Below, piece by piece: positions 12,101 through 27,100 of a stretch of DNA of 64,000 nucleotides. The stretch comes from Mytilus trossulus. Its lineage: Eukaryota. Both the position numbers and the translations under genes were made by a program. The notes beneath the pieces are model-generated. The model searched no databases. It worked only from the letters and a program-made list of their open reading frames with translations, and had not been told where the DNA came from. Each line of letters begins with the position of its first letter. The stretch's first letter is position 1. Location: positions 106,454,001 through 106,518,000 of the forward strand of contig NC_086373.1 of assembly GCF_036588685.1 (NCBI RefSeq), read 5' to 3'.

Positions 12101-15100
12101 TACATGTGAATGCTGTGGTTCAGGTGTTATAGGAACACTATTCAATAATATATTAATTTAAAGGGAATGAATTTAGATGATATACAATGTGAATAAAGAT
12201 TTATTTTCTGTAGAGCTCCAGATTATTTCGATGAGAGCTGGTTGACAAAGATAAAACCTGATGTCTCAACAAACTGGAGGCTGAAGGTAAGTAAAAATGT
12301 ACATGTATTTATAATAGATTAATACATCTGACACGAGGACATAGATATAAGAAGATGTGTTATGAGTGTCAATGTGACAACTCTCCATCCAATCACAATT
12401 AGTGAAAGTAAACCTTTATAGGTCAAAGTACGGCTTTCAACGTGGAGTCTCGGCTCACACTGAACAGCAAGCTTTTGAAGGGTATCAAAAATGACAAGTG
12501 TAAAACCTTTCAAACATGAAATCATACATGTACAGTGAAACCTGGGTAAACCGAAAACTGATAAAACCGAATTTCAGTTTAAACCGAACAAATTTCAAAG
12601 TCCTGAAAAAATTTCCCTATCAATTAACGTTAATCTTACCTTACAAAACCAAACCCTGTCAACACCGAATTCTGAAGGCTTTTTGAAAGCTAGTTAGTAA
12701 ACTTGTCTTAAAAAATTACCTGTCAAAATCGATCAATAGCAATCAAAACAAAAAAGCAGTTTTAATTATTTCATGCATGATTTAATTAAACAAACACAGG
12801 AAGGCAGAGTATTCCCGTGGGTATTTGAGATTAATTAACTGGTGAGTTGTAACTATTTAGCATGTTTGTGTCCATGTCTAAAGAGATTTTTTTGTAAAGA
12901 AACGTTAAACTGGTCAGCTACCACCATGGCCGATAATGAAAAGGCAGAAACTTTCAGATCAATCAAATGCACCTTACTCTAATAATTACGACAACAAAAT
13001 CGTAACTGCAATTTTGTAGCTTAACTGTTTAATTAGATAATTGTTTTAAAATGTTTCACTGGATTAAGAAGTCGTGCAACACAACAAGGTCAATGGCTTT
13101 CGATTGTCAGATACCTGTTAGAGGCCCTATATATTTGATTCGGATGCTCCCAAAAACTTCCGTTAGCTATTCAGCAACAATAAAGTCCGAGAATAAACTG
13201 GACCCCTGCTGTTGTTTCACTTTTATCGTGTGCCGAAGTATCAATCAGCGGGTGACCAGTTTAGTCCGAGAACTCGTGTGAACAATGATGTTCCGGATTC
13301 AACTACAGAATCATCATTTGACAGTGACTGCAAACTTGAATTAGTCAGTGCATAAATTATAGGTGAGAAAATAATTATCAAAAGCAAAATCCCTCTATGT
13401 CGGACATCTCACAAAAACTAGCGTGATTGACGGAGTGGCGTTTGATTTATTAACAAAAATGAAGCAATACGTTTATCATCATCTACTTATATTTTTTACA
13501 TTTACATCTTAATCAACACAAAAATAAATTGCCGTCTGTTGTGTCACCTATAATCCCTTGTCAGTAAGTGCCAAAATTATTTTGGTGTCGACTTCCTTTT
13601 ACCTCTATAATCCGAACACCTGTGAAAACTGAACAAATTGCAAAGTCCTGTGGGTGTTCGGTTTGGACAGGTTTCACTGTATTTAGAAATTATTCACTGA
13701 ACGGAGCATGTTATAATTCTGAGACTAATCCTTTTGCAATAAGTGAAAAAAATAAGTTCATGTGTAGACAGGAATTACAAGTGAGAACTTTGTATATTTT
13801 TTTATTTTAGGTCAGTAACCTTAAGAAGATCCTTAAAGGAATCTTAGAGTTTAATGTGGAGGTGAGTTTAATTGTAGATTTCTGGACGTCATTTTAATTG
13901 TAGATTTCTGGACGTCATTTTTAATTGTAGATTTCTTGACGTCATTTTTAATTGTAAATTTCTGGAGTCATTTTTAATTGTAGATTTCTGGAAGACATTT
14001 TTAATTGTAGATTTCTGGACGTCATTTTTAATTGTAGATTTCTGGACGTCATTTTTAATTGTAGATTTCTGGACGTCATTTTTAATTGTAGATTTCTGGA
14101 GTCATTTTTAATTGTAGATTTCAAGAATTCATTTTTAATTGAAACTGTTAAATACAAGAAATAAATACATCTCTTGATTCAGACAATACATGCATGTCAA
14201 AGGTGAAAGATTTCACCACTTTAGGTTTACAGAAGAAGCTGTGCGTTCCTCTTAAAGAAGGAAGAATTCTTACTCAGTTTCTCTTTGCTTACTAGTAATT
14301 TATTATATAAAATATGAGAATTGTTATGCAATATTTTGATTTTTCAATGTCTTGAACTTTTTTTTTTGTTACTTACCAACAATTGTGCATTTCACTTTCT
14401 GTATCCTTCAGATAATGTTTAAAAAATTGTTTTAAATAGATATAGGAAGATGTGGTGTGAGTGCCAATGAGACAACTCCCCATCCAAAATAAATATATAA
14501 AAGTAAACCATTATAGGTCTTCAACACAGAGCCTTGGCTCACACCGAAAAAAAAGCTATAAAGGACTCCAAAATTACTAGTGTAAAACCATTCAAACAGG
14601 AAAACCAACAGTCTATTCTATATAAAAAATGAGAAACACATATAAATTACAAAAACAAAATACAAGTACTGTACATCAGATACCTGTTGTATTTCCTTCT
14701 TATTGGGCAAAAAGTACACAAATAGCCAAATAGGATAAAGGATCATTGATTGATAGAAAAATTTTGAAGCATATTTGAAAAATAACTATATGGTCTAAAT
14801 ACTCAGATTGTCTGCCCTTAATAACCAAATCCATTTTGTATACTCATGGTGCAAAAAATATGTATAAATTATAAGTTTGATAGTTGAATCATTATTACTG
14901 TTGCAAAGTTACGTATAGTTTCAGTTTTCCTTTTAATCCTATAAAGAATGGATGTATGATTACTATGAATGTGATAATATATTTATTTTAATATTTTATA
15001 GATACTTGGAATAGAGATACAGGATTTCCAGATGCCTAATGTTAATCACATTGGTAAGTTGATAGTTTTCACCCTATATATAATGACAACAAAATAAAAA

Positions 15101-18100
15101 TAAATAGAAACTTTTGATAAAAAGTAAACTTCACTAAAGTGTCATACCTGTTCTCTGTACATGTTAATGTTTTACTACAAAGTTTATTTGTCAACTAAGA
15201 TGTTACGTAATTTCAGGTGAACACTGTAACACGTCAGAGCTGTCCTCTACGTGTAAATGTTTTACTAGAGTTTATTGTCAACTAAGATGTTACTTTAATT
15301 CAGGTGAACACTGTAACACGTCAGAGCTGTCCTCTACGTGTAAATGTTTTACTAGAGTTTATTGTCAACTAAGATGTTACTTTATTTCAGGTGAACACTG
15401 TAACACATCAGAGCTGTCACGCTTGTTACAGTTGATTCTAGGGTGTGCTGTAAACTGTGCTGACAAACAGGAATATATACAGAGAATTATGTCCATGGAG
15501 GTCTCTGTCCAACAGGTTGTAATGAATGCCATACAGGAGGTAGGTTTTACTCAAAATAATGTATTTTGTATAGGAATTTCTAATGTTGTGAAATTATTGA
15601 CTTAACATTTAAAGAAAAATCCAAAGTGTAATTCTCAATAAGGGGGAATTTTCTTACAAAAAAACATAAATTTTGTATCCAGTTTATATAAGTCTACTTT
15701 GCATTTAATACTACATGTATATAAAATATGCCATAGATATTGTTTTAGATTTTATTTACAATCACAATTTATTATTTCATTATGTTATTTAATGTAGCTG
15801 ATGATGAAAGAAGTGTCAACCAATGGGGATGGGGATTCTGAAATGGCTGATCAGGTGAGTCCATTCTTTAGGTAGGGTTATTCTAAAATTGCTGATCAGG
15901 TGAGTCTATTCATTAGAGAGGGTGATTCTGAAATGGCTGATCAGGTGAGAATAACGAACATAATCTCCCTTTTACCATGCAGTGACATTCATTAGACAAT
16001 GTATCAGTTTGGGAGAATTTACATGATTAGTTTATTTCACCAAAGAATAAACTACACTTGATATTAACCATATGTTATTATCTGTTTACTTTTTCACTAC
16101 AATTTCATACAAACGTGGATAAGTCTTTGTCTATAAGACCATCAGTATTTTTTTACTCATTGATTTGTTTATGTATAGTTGAAGAAAGCAGTTGATGATT
16201 TAAACTCAGCACTTGAAGACAAAGAAGACCTCACACAAAGATGTCACGAACTAGATGTACAGGTATGTATACATATATTTAGTGTAAAATTGAAAATGGA
16301 AATGGGGAATGTGTCAAAGAGACAACAACCTGGCCAAAGAGCAGACAACAGATGTTTTGTTGATGCTTTGGGATTTCAGTGGCATTAAATATATATTCTA
16401 ATTCAACATTGTTACTAAATGTTCCTTTTGATTGGATTGGTTGGATTTAACGTTGTTTTCTGTCAATTTACTGTCTCAACTAGCGTGTCACCATTAAACT
16501 TAATTTGCAACCATCAAATAACCAATTGATGCTGTCAGAACAAAAAATACAATACAGTTACTTATCTCCTAATTCTTGTCTGAATGACAGTGTCCATTGT
16601 ACACAATATATTCTTGTATATATATTATAAAAGCAAACTTTGACAGACCTTTGGATGACCTCAAAACAATATGTGCCATAATTATTTCAGTTTGACATAT
16701 CTTATAACAAATATATAATTGTTTATAACAATTTTAAAACAAACAGGACTTTTATGGTGTGTTCACACATAATTCTAATTTGATTCGCATTAACTAATTT
16801 GAATTAGTTTAATTCGCATTCTAAACGTTTTACCTCCAAATGTAAATTCTAATTCATTTCAAATTCGATTAACTGTTGGAACCACGTTGACTTTTTATTC
16901 GTATTAACAAAAACGCATTTCTAATGCAAATTGAATAATTGAATCAATTCAAAATTAAAACAGAATAGTGTGTGAACATTACTAATCAATTCGATTCGCA
17001 TTCGATTTCAAATTCAATTCAAATTAAATGACTGTGTGAACAAGGCATTATTATGTATAAAGGCATACATATTTTTCTGTGAATTGCACTTAAAAGTTTG
17101 TTTGTCTATAGTTGTTTATTTTTTTATATCAACTGATGATACAATATAATTCAAAGCAATTTATATTGTTAATTAAAAACAGTGAAGGCTGTTTGTTTTT
17201 GGTTTATATCATGTAAGAATTTATGATGATTTATCTATAGTTGATCCCTAAGAAGGCTTGTAAGGTACTAATTAGATTGATGGTAACTTTTAAAGGTTGC
17301 AGGCCTACTAGAGGAGAAACAAGTTTTATTCAGTGAGAATGAAAGACTGCAGGAGAGGGTGAACCAGGCAGAGAACCTGGACGAACCTAGGTAAGATTAA
17401 CATAAATTTTAATAAAACAAACAAAATGTTTGGTTCATCATATGCAAGGCCTGGAACATCTCTTCTGTATACTATAGATTCAGAAATTATTACGATGTTT
17501 TTATTATTGTGAAAATGCGACAGGGTCATAATCGCAATAATTTAAACTCGCAATTTGAAATTTTTCATATGAATTAAACAGGATTTGTCTCAATATCCCT
17601 AAAATAAAAATCGTGTTTTAGTCGAAAATGTCAAAATCACAATAATAAATGCACGCAATAATATCTGAATTTACAGTACTTGCAGTTAGAATTAATAAAG
17701 TAGGGTACATTTATAATACAACATATGTAACTAGTCAAATATACAGTTGGATCACTTTGAAATTTTCTACAAGTACGTTTTATAAAACTTAAATGACAAA
17801 TGTCTCTTATAAATATTAGATTGGTACTTCATCCAAAACTTACCCACAATGCACAGCAATATACAAAATAAACCACAGATGATGTTGCCCATGAGAGGTT
17901 AAAACCCTCTTAATCAAATTAAAGACAAACTTGTTTTTTTCATATTTGGATTGAAACCAACTGTTGCAACAAAATTAATAATGGATTACATCTGATCTAG
18001 TAAAGTTAGTTTCTAAATTTACATGTCCAACCAGAGGAAGAAAGTTGCTGGAAATTGGTTAAGACACCAAAATGTCTAACATCCAAGAAGCTTTATGGAT

Positions 18101-21100
18101 TGTTATATTTAAGCACATTGAATTAGATTGTAGGTTATATATTAATTTGCTGCTCTGTTTCTAGCCTGTTTCCTAGGTAAGTTGATAGAGAGCTAAATAT
18201 TATTGCACAATGTATAAGTTCTACTAATACAGACCATGAGATTACTCAGGGCGTGTCTATGCATGCTCATAACTCATTCTATGAAGTAAGACAAAACTGA
18301 TTAGGAGTTGTAAAAAGAGGATGTGTCAGAGCATGAAGTAATGCTAGATTATTTTATAGAAAGTAAATGTTTTTGTTTTTTTCTCTTTGTATTTAATACC
18401 CTTTCTATTTAGCTAAAGGAAAAATTTAAACGCAATGCAATGTTTTGCATGTTATAATTTGTTATGAATTCAAAAACTTCTGATGAAAGTTGAATTGTAG
18501 TAGAGTTTGATTAAGTTAAACCTGTATCATATTTTCTTCTATCATATATCTAAACTTTTAACTTTGATAGACGTTAGTATTTTGCCTAAACACCATACTT
18601 ATTTAGTCTTTAGAAGTCAGAAAAAACATATTCCATTCTAATATATCCATCATGTATCTGACAAGTTTAACATCTGTGCTCTTGTAAACATGCTTTGTTG
18701 ACATCAGTATAATATGTATTTATCTGGTAGTGGTTTCTTCTGGTAAGTCTAAATATATCAAGTCACATGTGATATAGATAGCACCGGTTATAGATATTGT
18801 CAGGAATCATTGTAATTCAAGGCTCTTCATTTTGTATTTTTGAACTCCTGATTTCAGCATTCACATAAAAAGACCCACTTTTACAGTTTTGGAATTGTGT
18901 GCCACTATGACACATGTATGACAACCACACAATACAACAAAAATATTGACAACTTTTTTTAATTTATTTAAAAAATATTAATAGAAACATATTTTTTTAA
19001 TATTTAATTGACAAATTTCTGCTGCATTCCTTAATTGCAGTTTTACTCACTTCTACAACAGGTAGGTCACTATGACCTATATGTAATACCTGAATGACTT
19101 CCTTTTTTCTTGCATGCCTTTTGAGTCGATATGTCAAAACTTCAATGTTATGATTCATATCTGTTGACCTTGACCTTGATATTACTAATTGCAACTACTT
19201 AACCTTTATGTACAACTCTCTGGCATAACCTTGGTTATGATGAAGGTCAATTGTCATGTTTTAGAATCCAAGAATATCTTTTTTTCCGAAAGATTTTTTA
19301 AAATGGAGCTTCTATATTGAAAATATATGTCTAATTTAAAGATGGTTCCCGGCTAATAATCTGTTAAGCCCAATGTATATGCATGCAATAACTGAAACTA
19401 TAACTGACTGAATATTCATGAAATGAGTACCAAAAAAAATGGTGAAATCACATGTTTCACTTCATAAATTGTGTACTAACAGTATGTTTGCCTTATATTG
19501 TGTGCTGGTTTGTGTTTTGTGATTTTGTGTGAACTGCTGTCTTGGTATGTTGAAGGGTTGCCCTGGTGTATTTAAAAGTGTGCCTTCCCAAATGTGTAAA
19601 GTGTTGCCTTGGTATGTTAAGAAGTGTGACTTGCCCATATGTGAATGGTTACAAATTTCCTTGGTGTTTTTAGAAGTGTGACTCACCATACAGAGTTAAG
19701 TGTGTGACTTTGCAGCATAATATAAATTATTGAAATTGAAAATTTGTCAAACAGGATTAATTCATTTCATACGTGATGAATACAGGGTCAAATTTAAGTA
19801 CTCTATGCAGCATTGGATGTATATAAATGGATTGAAATTTTGAGGAGTCTATTAAAATAAAAAAGAATATTTTAGTTTTTTGTCACAAATACACGATTCT
19901 TGTATGATATTGAAAACATCTGTTTTATGCATGTTAATTTTCATATATTAAATTGGATTAGTACACACAGCAGCTGCAGTACTAAGATGTGTTTGTTTGT
20001 GTTTTCAGTACACCAGCAGGTAAAAGATATCAGCAGTTACTTCTACAGGTAGAAAAACTACAGGAAGAAAATTTTAAGATAGATGCTGGTAAGTGTATAA
20101 ATAGAATGTTTACATTATAGTTGTCAAACATATTTACATAGTTATTTAAAATAATTTGCTCATCAATAATATTTTATAATTTAAACTATTAATGTGTTGA
20201 ATTCTATGGCAATTCAATTCAGTATTTTAATTACGTACGACCTTATGTATAAAATTACACATTACAATTATAAAAGATACATTTTGTATACATTAGCCAA
20301 CCTGTACAGATTTATGAGAGACAATAACAACTGAAAAAACATGTATGTTCTTAAATATTAAACATAAATGGTAAAATTATACAACATGATTATTTATTTA
20401 TTATTTACATTATAAAACTTCTCTGCGTCTTTTTAGAATACAATTACAGGTTTTGGCACATATTGATATGATATCTTGAAAAATAGTCCATTGGAACTTA
20501 TAAACTCTCAAAGTTTTACAAATCAAAAATGAATTAAATATACTTACACAATTTAGTTGAAATGTTTAAGTAGATCTGGAATTGCATAGTCATGCTGACA
20601 AGTGTTGCATATTCCAAATAGGCATCAGGTCCATATATTCTAGCTCTAATTTAAAAAAAAAACCAATTCTAATGTCAATTGACACAACCTTTATAAGTGT
20701 TAGTTATGGATCTTTTTCTTTTTCAGCAAGAGACGACTACAAGATAAAGCTGGAATTAATGACAAAAGAATTCAATGACATCAAACACAAAGTTAGTTCT
20801 TTTTAATAAACTCATGTTTCTAAAACAGCAGTTTATTATTGTTCAAAATTTCTCCCCTTTATTATATGTATCTTTTTCCTATTTAACATATACTGAAAGA
20901 AGTTATGGGTAAAGATAAGCATAGAATGGAATGATTCATAAAGTTTTATTCTAATGAAAGGTCCAAAAGGGATGATTCTTTATGTTTGATAACTGCAACA
21001 AAGTGTGTTACGATATTTTTTCCACTCGAGACAGTTCAATCTTAATATTTAAAGTATGAGGCTTGTCAAGCTTTTGAGATAATGTGAATTTAACTGTTGA

Positions 21101-24100
21101 GTGAGGAGAAATATTTTTCTCCCACCATCAAGAAATGTTAAAATAGCATGAAAATTTGAGAATAACTTTTCCTTCTTTTTCTTTGACATTTTCCTGAAAG
21201 TTATATTGTCATTTAATGAGTCTTATTATTTCAGAACACAGAGTTAACATCTATAGCTGAGGAAGCCAGAGGATTAAAAGATGAATTAGATGTTTTACGT
21301 CATACATCAGAACAAGTTGTAAGTTCATACATTTTACACAGTTCTACTACACTTTGGTCATTGTAACCTACATTTTACACAGTTCTACTACACCTTGGTC
21401 AGTGTAACCTACATTTAACACAGTTCTACTACACCTTGGTCAGTGTAACCTACATTTTACTCAGTTCTACTACACCTTGGTCAGTGTAACCTACATTTTA
21501 CACAGTTCTACTACACCTTGGTCAGTGTAACCTACATTTTACTCAGTTCTACTACACCTTGGTCAGTGTTACCTACATTTTACACAGTTCTACTACAATT
21601 TGGTCAGTGTAACCTACATTTTACACAGTTCTACTACACCTTGGTCAGTTTAACCTACATTTTATATTATGAAAGTTTGAGGTTAAGATGAATCTTTGAT
21701 ACTGTTTTCACCTCAATATTACTTAAAATGACAACATCAATGATATAATTAATTATATGTCAACCTTAAAGTGTAACACTTACTTATTTTTCAGACAAAA
21801 TATGAAACAATGATTGAATCATACAAGAAAAAGTTAGGTGAGTTTGTGTGAATTATTCCTATGAAAAAAGGTAAATGTCCTGAATTATTTGAGCAGAAAA
21901 GAGGTCTACTGAAGTTATTTTTTTATAAATATGAACATTAAGTTAATCAAATTAAACATTACCCTTGACTCAAACTCTCTAAAATGATGCATGGTCAGAA
22001 TAATACCAATTAACATATAATTTTAACACATTTCTTTACATAATCTGTTAAAAGAATCAAAATTTAGATATTTATTTAAGAATTGAATGCCTCTTTTTGG
22101 GTTGTAAAAGCATTGACCAAAGTACTTTTTGTATGAAGCGTGGAAGCCTTCATTCTAAAAATGGTCAATACTTCTACAACCCTATGAAATTGCTTAAAGT
22201 AGCATTCAATACTTATAATTATGTTGGCTATGATCATGAAAACATGACTACTATCAAGTTTTTCTTTTTATTTACCTGTGCACTTTATTCTGGAAACTTG
22301 TGTCATCATTGCATGTTACAGTTCATGCAATTCATTTTGAAATAAAGAATGATGTGAGATTGCTGTAAGCCAATCAAAATAGCATATAACACTGTGTATC
22401 ATCAGTTCAGCGGATATAGGTACTAACCAAGCGGGCATAATCGATTTTGACCTTACAAAATAATGTGTATAATAATGAAACATACATCTTATATTATTAT
22501 TTTACTTAACAGATGAAATGGGAGATTTAAGGGTACAAGTGAAACTGTTAGAAGAGAAAAATACAAAATACATGCAGGAACAACTAGAGATGGAAGAGGT
22601 AATAACCTGATATCATACCTTACATATATGATAAACAATTCTATTTGTTAACACAGTATTATGTGATGTGGAATAGTGAGTTAATTTCATTTTAATACAA
22701 GGAAGGATGATCTACCATGAAATTTTACTCTCAGTAATGAATAACCATAGTATTCACTGGTTGAGCTTATTGATTATATTTATACATAAGTTACCTCCCA
22801 TTACAATGAAGTGACAGAAGTATGTAAACAAAGTGGCAACAGTCTTGTTAGAAATGTAGGCAAAATTTCTGAATAAAACAAAATGTATAGGGATTTTTTC
22901 AAAAAAGAAATATGTCTAATGAATTATTCTTTAACAATAAAAATGTGTATTTTCTAAAGGAAATAAATTATTGACTTTATTACATATTTAATTTGACTAT
23001 TTTCAGGAAATGAGAAAGTCTGGTTCTATGAAGCAACAGTTTGATATGTACAAACGTCAGGTCCATGAGCTTCAGAACAAGCTGTATGATGAGACAAAGA
23101 GGGCTGATAAGTCTGACTTTGAAGCTAAGAGAGCTGTAGATAAAATGGCAACACTACAGAGAGAAAAAGAGGTAAACAAACATTGATTCTGGTATGGTAA
23201 TACTATGACAAATGGTGCTTTGTGCAACATAGTGGACTCTTTTGAACATGATTGAAACTAATTATTCTGTTAAAGTTGTCATTGTCAATTTAGTGTATGT
23301 AAACAAATTTAGAAAAATCGTATAGTTAAACACACACTTTTATTTGATCAGACTGGCTCATGAAAACATTAGATATATATTAATCATATAATTCGCCTTT
23401 TCAGAATCTAAAGGAATATGGGTGATCTAGTTGTTTGTTCACCAAAAGGAAAATAACGTTACATCATTGGTTGAATATCTATTGTTTGGAACATTTTAAA
23501 CAAATCACAACGTTTTAGTGTACACTTTCGAAAATATTACCCAGAATGCATAAGATTCTAAGGACAAATTATCCAGGTACAAATGTACATTAATAACTGA
23601 ATGCTTTTCTTTCTTTTTTCTACAGAGAATAGCAACAGAAAGGGATTCACTCAAAGAAATGAACGACGAAATGAAATGTACACAGCTACAGACATTAGAT
23701 GATAATGAACCAAACGATCTAACATCCACGCCCAGAGTGGAAATGTTATCCCTACCCCCAGATATTAAGTATGTTTGTTTCGATCCTTTCCCCTGGATAT
23801 TAAGTATGTTTGTGTAATAGTATGCAGAAAACATCTTTGCTTTATAGTTTTAACAATGATTGGACTCTTTTCATCAATCTTGGAATATTTTGTTATCAAG
23901 AGGCTTTTGTGAAAAGAACATCTTTAAAATACTATATTCACTCCAATGCATCTATTAAAATCTTTGTTATTGTTTCGTTTCAAGCAGCTAAGTTTTAATT
24001 TTTATAAATCTTGAAAGATGTAAATAGAGGAGTTGTGAAGTCACTATGAAGCATGTCAAAAAGATGTGACACAATTTTGGTATTGCAAAGCACTCTAGCC

Positions 24101-27100
24101 ATAGACTATTTCAAGTCCATTGTTAATGTATAATAATAATAAGCCCTGTTGTATTTAACTTAAAGTGTTGTGTTTGTCTTATTATTAATTTTAATTACCT
24201 GAATCATCTAATAAGATGTTAAAAAAAAAAGTGTTTGGATTTTGTACAATGAAATATACATATGAAAAAGAAGATGTGGTATAATTGCCAATGAGACAAC
24301 TCTCCTCAAGAGACCAAAATGACACAGAAAACAGAAATTAATAACTATAGGTCACTGTACGTCTTTCAACAATGAGCAACGCCAATACAGCATAATCAGC
24401 TATAAAAAGCCCAGCGATGACAATGTAAAACAATTTGTATGAGAAAACTAACAGCTTTATTTATATGAAAAAATTAACAAGAAACAAATAAGTTTCACTT
24501 AAACAAAGGACAACCACTGAATTACAGACTCCTGACTTGGGATAGACACATACATGCATAATGTGGTAGGGTTAAATGGCTGCAAGTGTTCTTTTTAAAG
24601 AATACCTCCAACATAACTGAGGCTTATTTGCAGCCATAATTGTGTCAGTGTGAAAGGTTGCAGTGTGCCCGAAATTATTGTCTTGTTATTTTTACAGAGA
24701 GAAAATTTTACGATTAGAACATGAAAACAAGATGTTAAAATTGCGATCTAACAGTACTGATGGAGGTGACAATGACCAAGTACTACAGTCCATGCTGGAT
24801 GACACAAACTCCAGAAAGAATGAACTGGAAACAGAATTAAGGTTAGTTATCATCATACAGTGTGGTCAATATTACGATTAGCCAATATGTAAAAATAGAA
24901 AACAAGGTCTATTTATATAGGTCACAGTTACTACATTTATATAGAACAAAGAAAAAATATGAATTTCATAATCTTAATCAAAATGCGAAAAATTATCATA
25001 AAACAAAAAAATAGAAAAATTACCAAAAAAACAATCTGCAAGGAATGTTTACAAACCTGTAACACATATTATTTGAAAACAGTTACAGGTAAAGAATAGA
25101 AAATCTGACTTAAAATGTTTGAAATATTTAATATTTGGCATTAATGCTGTATTCTCACTCGTAGGTTATTACAAGGAAAGCTTGCAATTGCATTTCAACA
25201 CCCCTTTGATGGGTATGTCTTTCACCTTTATAAAAACTTTCCTTTTCTTTTATTTCCAATTTTGGTAAAATTGATGTTTTATTTTGTTATTTTCTTTCGC
25301 TATTTTTATTTTTTTTGCTGGTATAATTTATGGATGCATATCATCCTCAGCTTTTTTGCTAGAACCAATGATTTATGGGTAACCATATTATTATAATAAG
25401 CTGTATTTATTATTCCACATATTACAAAAGAGAAGGGATAAACCAAATGAATATTTAAACAAAAGTAAAAAAGAAACTTCCAAAAGACTAACAACAGTAC
25501 ACAAAAAACAACATAGAAAACAAAAGACTGAGCAACACAAACCACACAAAAAATCAGGGGTGATTTCAGGTGCTCTGAAAGGATAAGCCAATCTAGCTCT
25601 ACATATGGCACTGATTGTTTTTGTCATGTAAGAGCAAAGCTAGGGTACCCCTCTGCTTTAAAGAGTGGTACATAGTTAAAAGCTGTCAGTCTATTCCTCA
25701 CTGAATGCTCAATAAGATAGTTTATATTGAATAGCAACCTTACATAGATATATGGTCACATAAAATGAAAGTGATCCCTATTGATTTTCAAGTTAATATC
25801 TCTAAGGTCATGGTCACTTAATATGCCAAAAATAGTATTGGAAAGTGGTTTCATAATAAAAAAAATATAATTACTTTTAGCTGTGTTCCGAAGGTTAAAA
25901 TTTGGAATCAGGAGCTATCAGGTTTATAAATACGTAGTGTTTATTTGTTTATCAAATTTATCAATTCAGTTAACTTTGAATTCTACCAAGAATTATTCAC
26001 AGCTATGAATACATTATCTTGTTTTTTATATAAATGTTGCCCAGGGAAAATTTCTTGCTTGAAGGGACTTCGCTATAGATTTTCAAGGGTCGACCTCAGC
26101 TATTGTTGTTTCAAGATATATTTTGTAAAATAGCTTTGCACAGAACTTAAATAGAATTGTAAGGAAATTGGTTTATACTCTTATATATTTTAACACATCT
26201 CTTTTGGGTATATTCTCAAAAATATATTTTCTAAATATCTCATCACCAGAATTCATGAGAGACATATTAAAAGTGCCAGACTGTTGTTGCTTTAAGATGA
26301 GTACAGTGTAACCTGCTAAATCCAACACCTGAGAATACCAACATCCTGCTTTAACGGACACATGTTCCTGGTCCCACAACATGTCTATCCTTGTAGATCA
26401 AACCTGAGTATTTCGACACCCTGCTTTAACCAATACATTTTCTTGGTCCCACAACGTGTCTATCCTTGCGGAATAAACCTGAGTATTCCATCACCCTGCT
26501 TAATATGACATTTTTTTCTAGTCCCCAAGTGTGTCAGTTTACACAGGTTACACTGTACCTTTAACCTTGTAAGTGTTCTCTGTCATACACACTGAACAAA
26601 CATCAAATTTATAAGTATGTCTCGACAGTTTAAATCTTTCAGATTATTCATTTATTTTCATAATAACCGTGAACTTATTTTGACATTTTCATGTGCGATT
26701 ATAAAAATTCACTGAATATCTGTTTCTAGGATAGCCAACCAGAAAATAATGGAGTTAGAAAGCCAAGTAGAGGACTTACAAGAAAATCAAAAGACAGTTT
26801 CTAATGAAGAAATAATTGTGATGAAGAAAAAGTTGAATGAACAGATTCAGAGGACACAAGAAAAAGACAATCAGTTAACTAAAATAAAAACAGTTCAGGA
26901 TGAACAAGAATCAAAACTCAGTGCTAACTCAGATAAAATACAAGAACTACAAGATCAGTTACATAAAAAAGAAGATGAAATTAAATTGATGGAGGCAAAA
27001 TATAAAAAATATCTAGACAAGGCTAGATGTGTAAGTATTGAGAGCTTGATTTAACAATGTCTGGCTTAGTAAAAAGGGAAATATATCAAATACAAATCTC

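Noticed and set aside
13948-14157. 69-aa ORF with SRNLQLKMT repeats, and similarly 62015-62287
   Set aside because: Translations of intronic tandem repeats.
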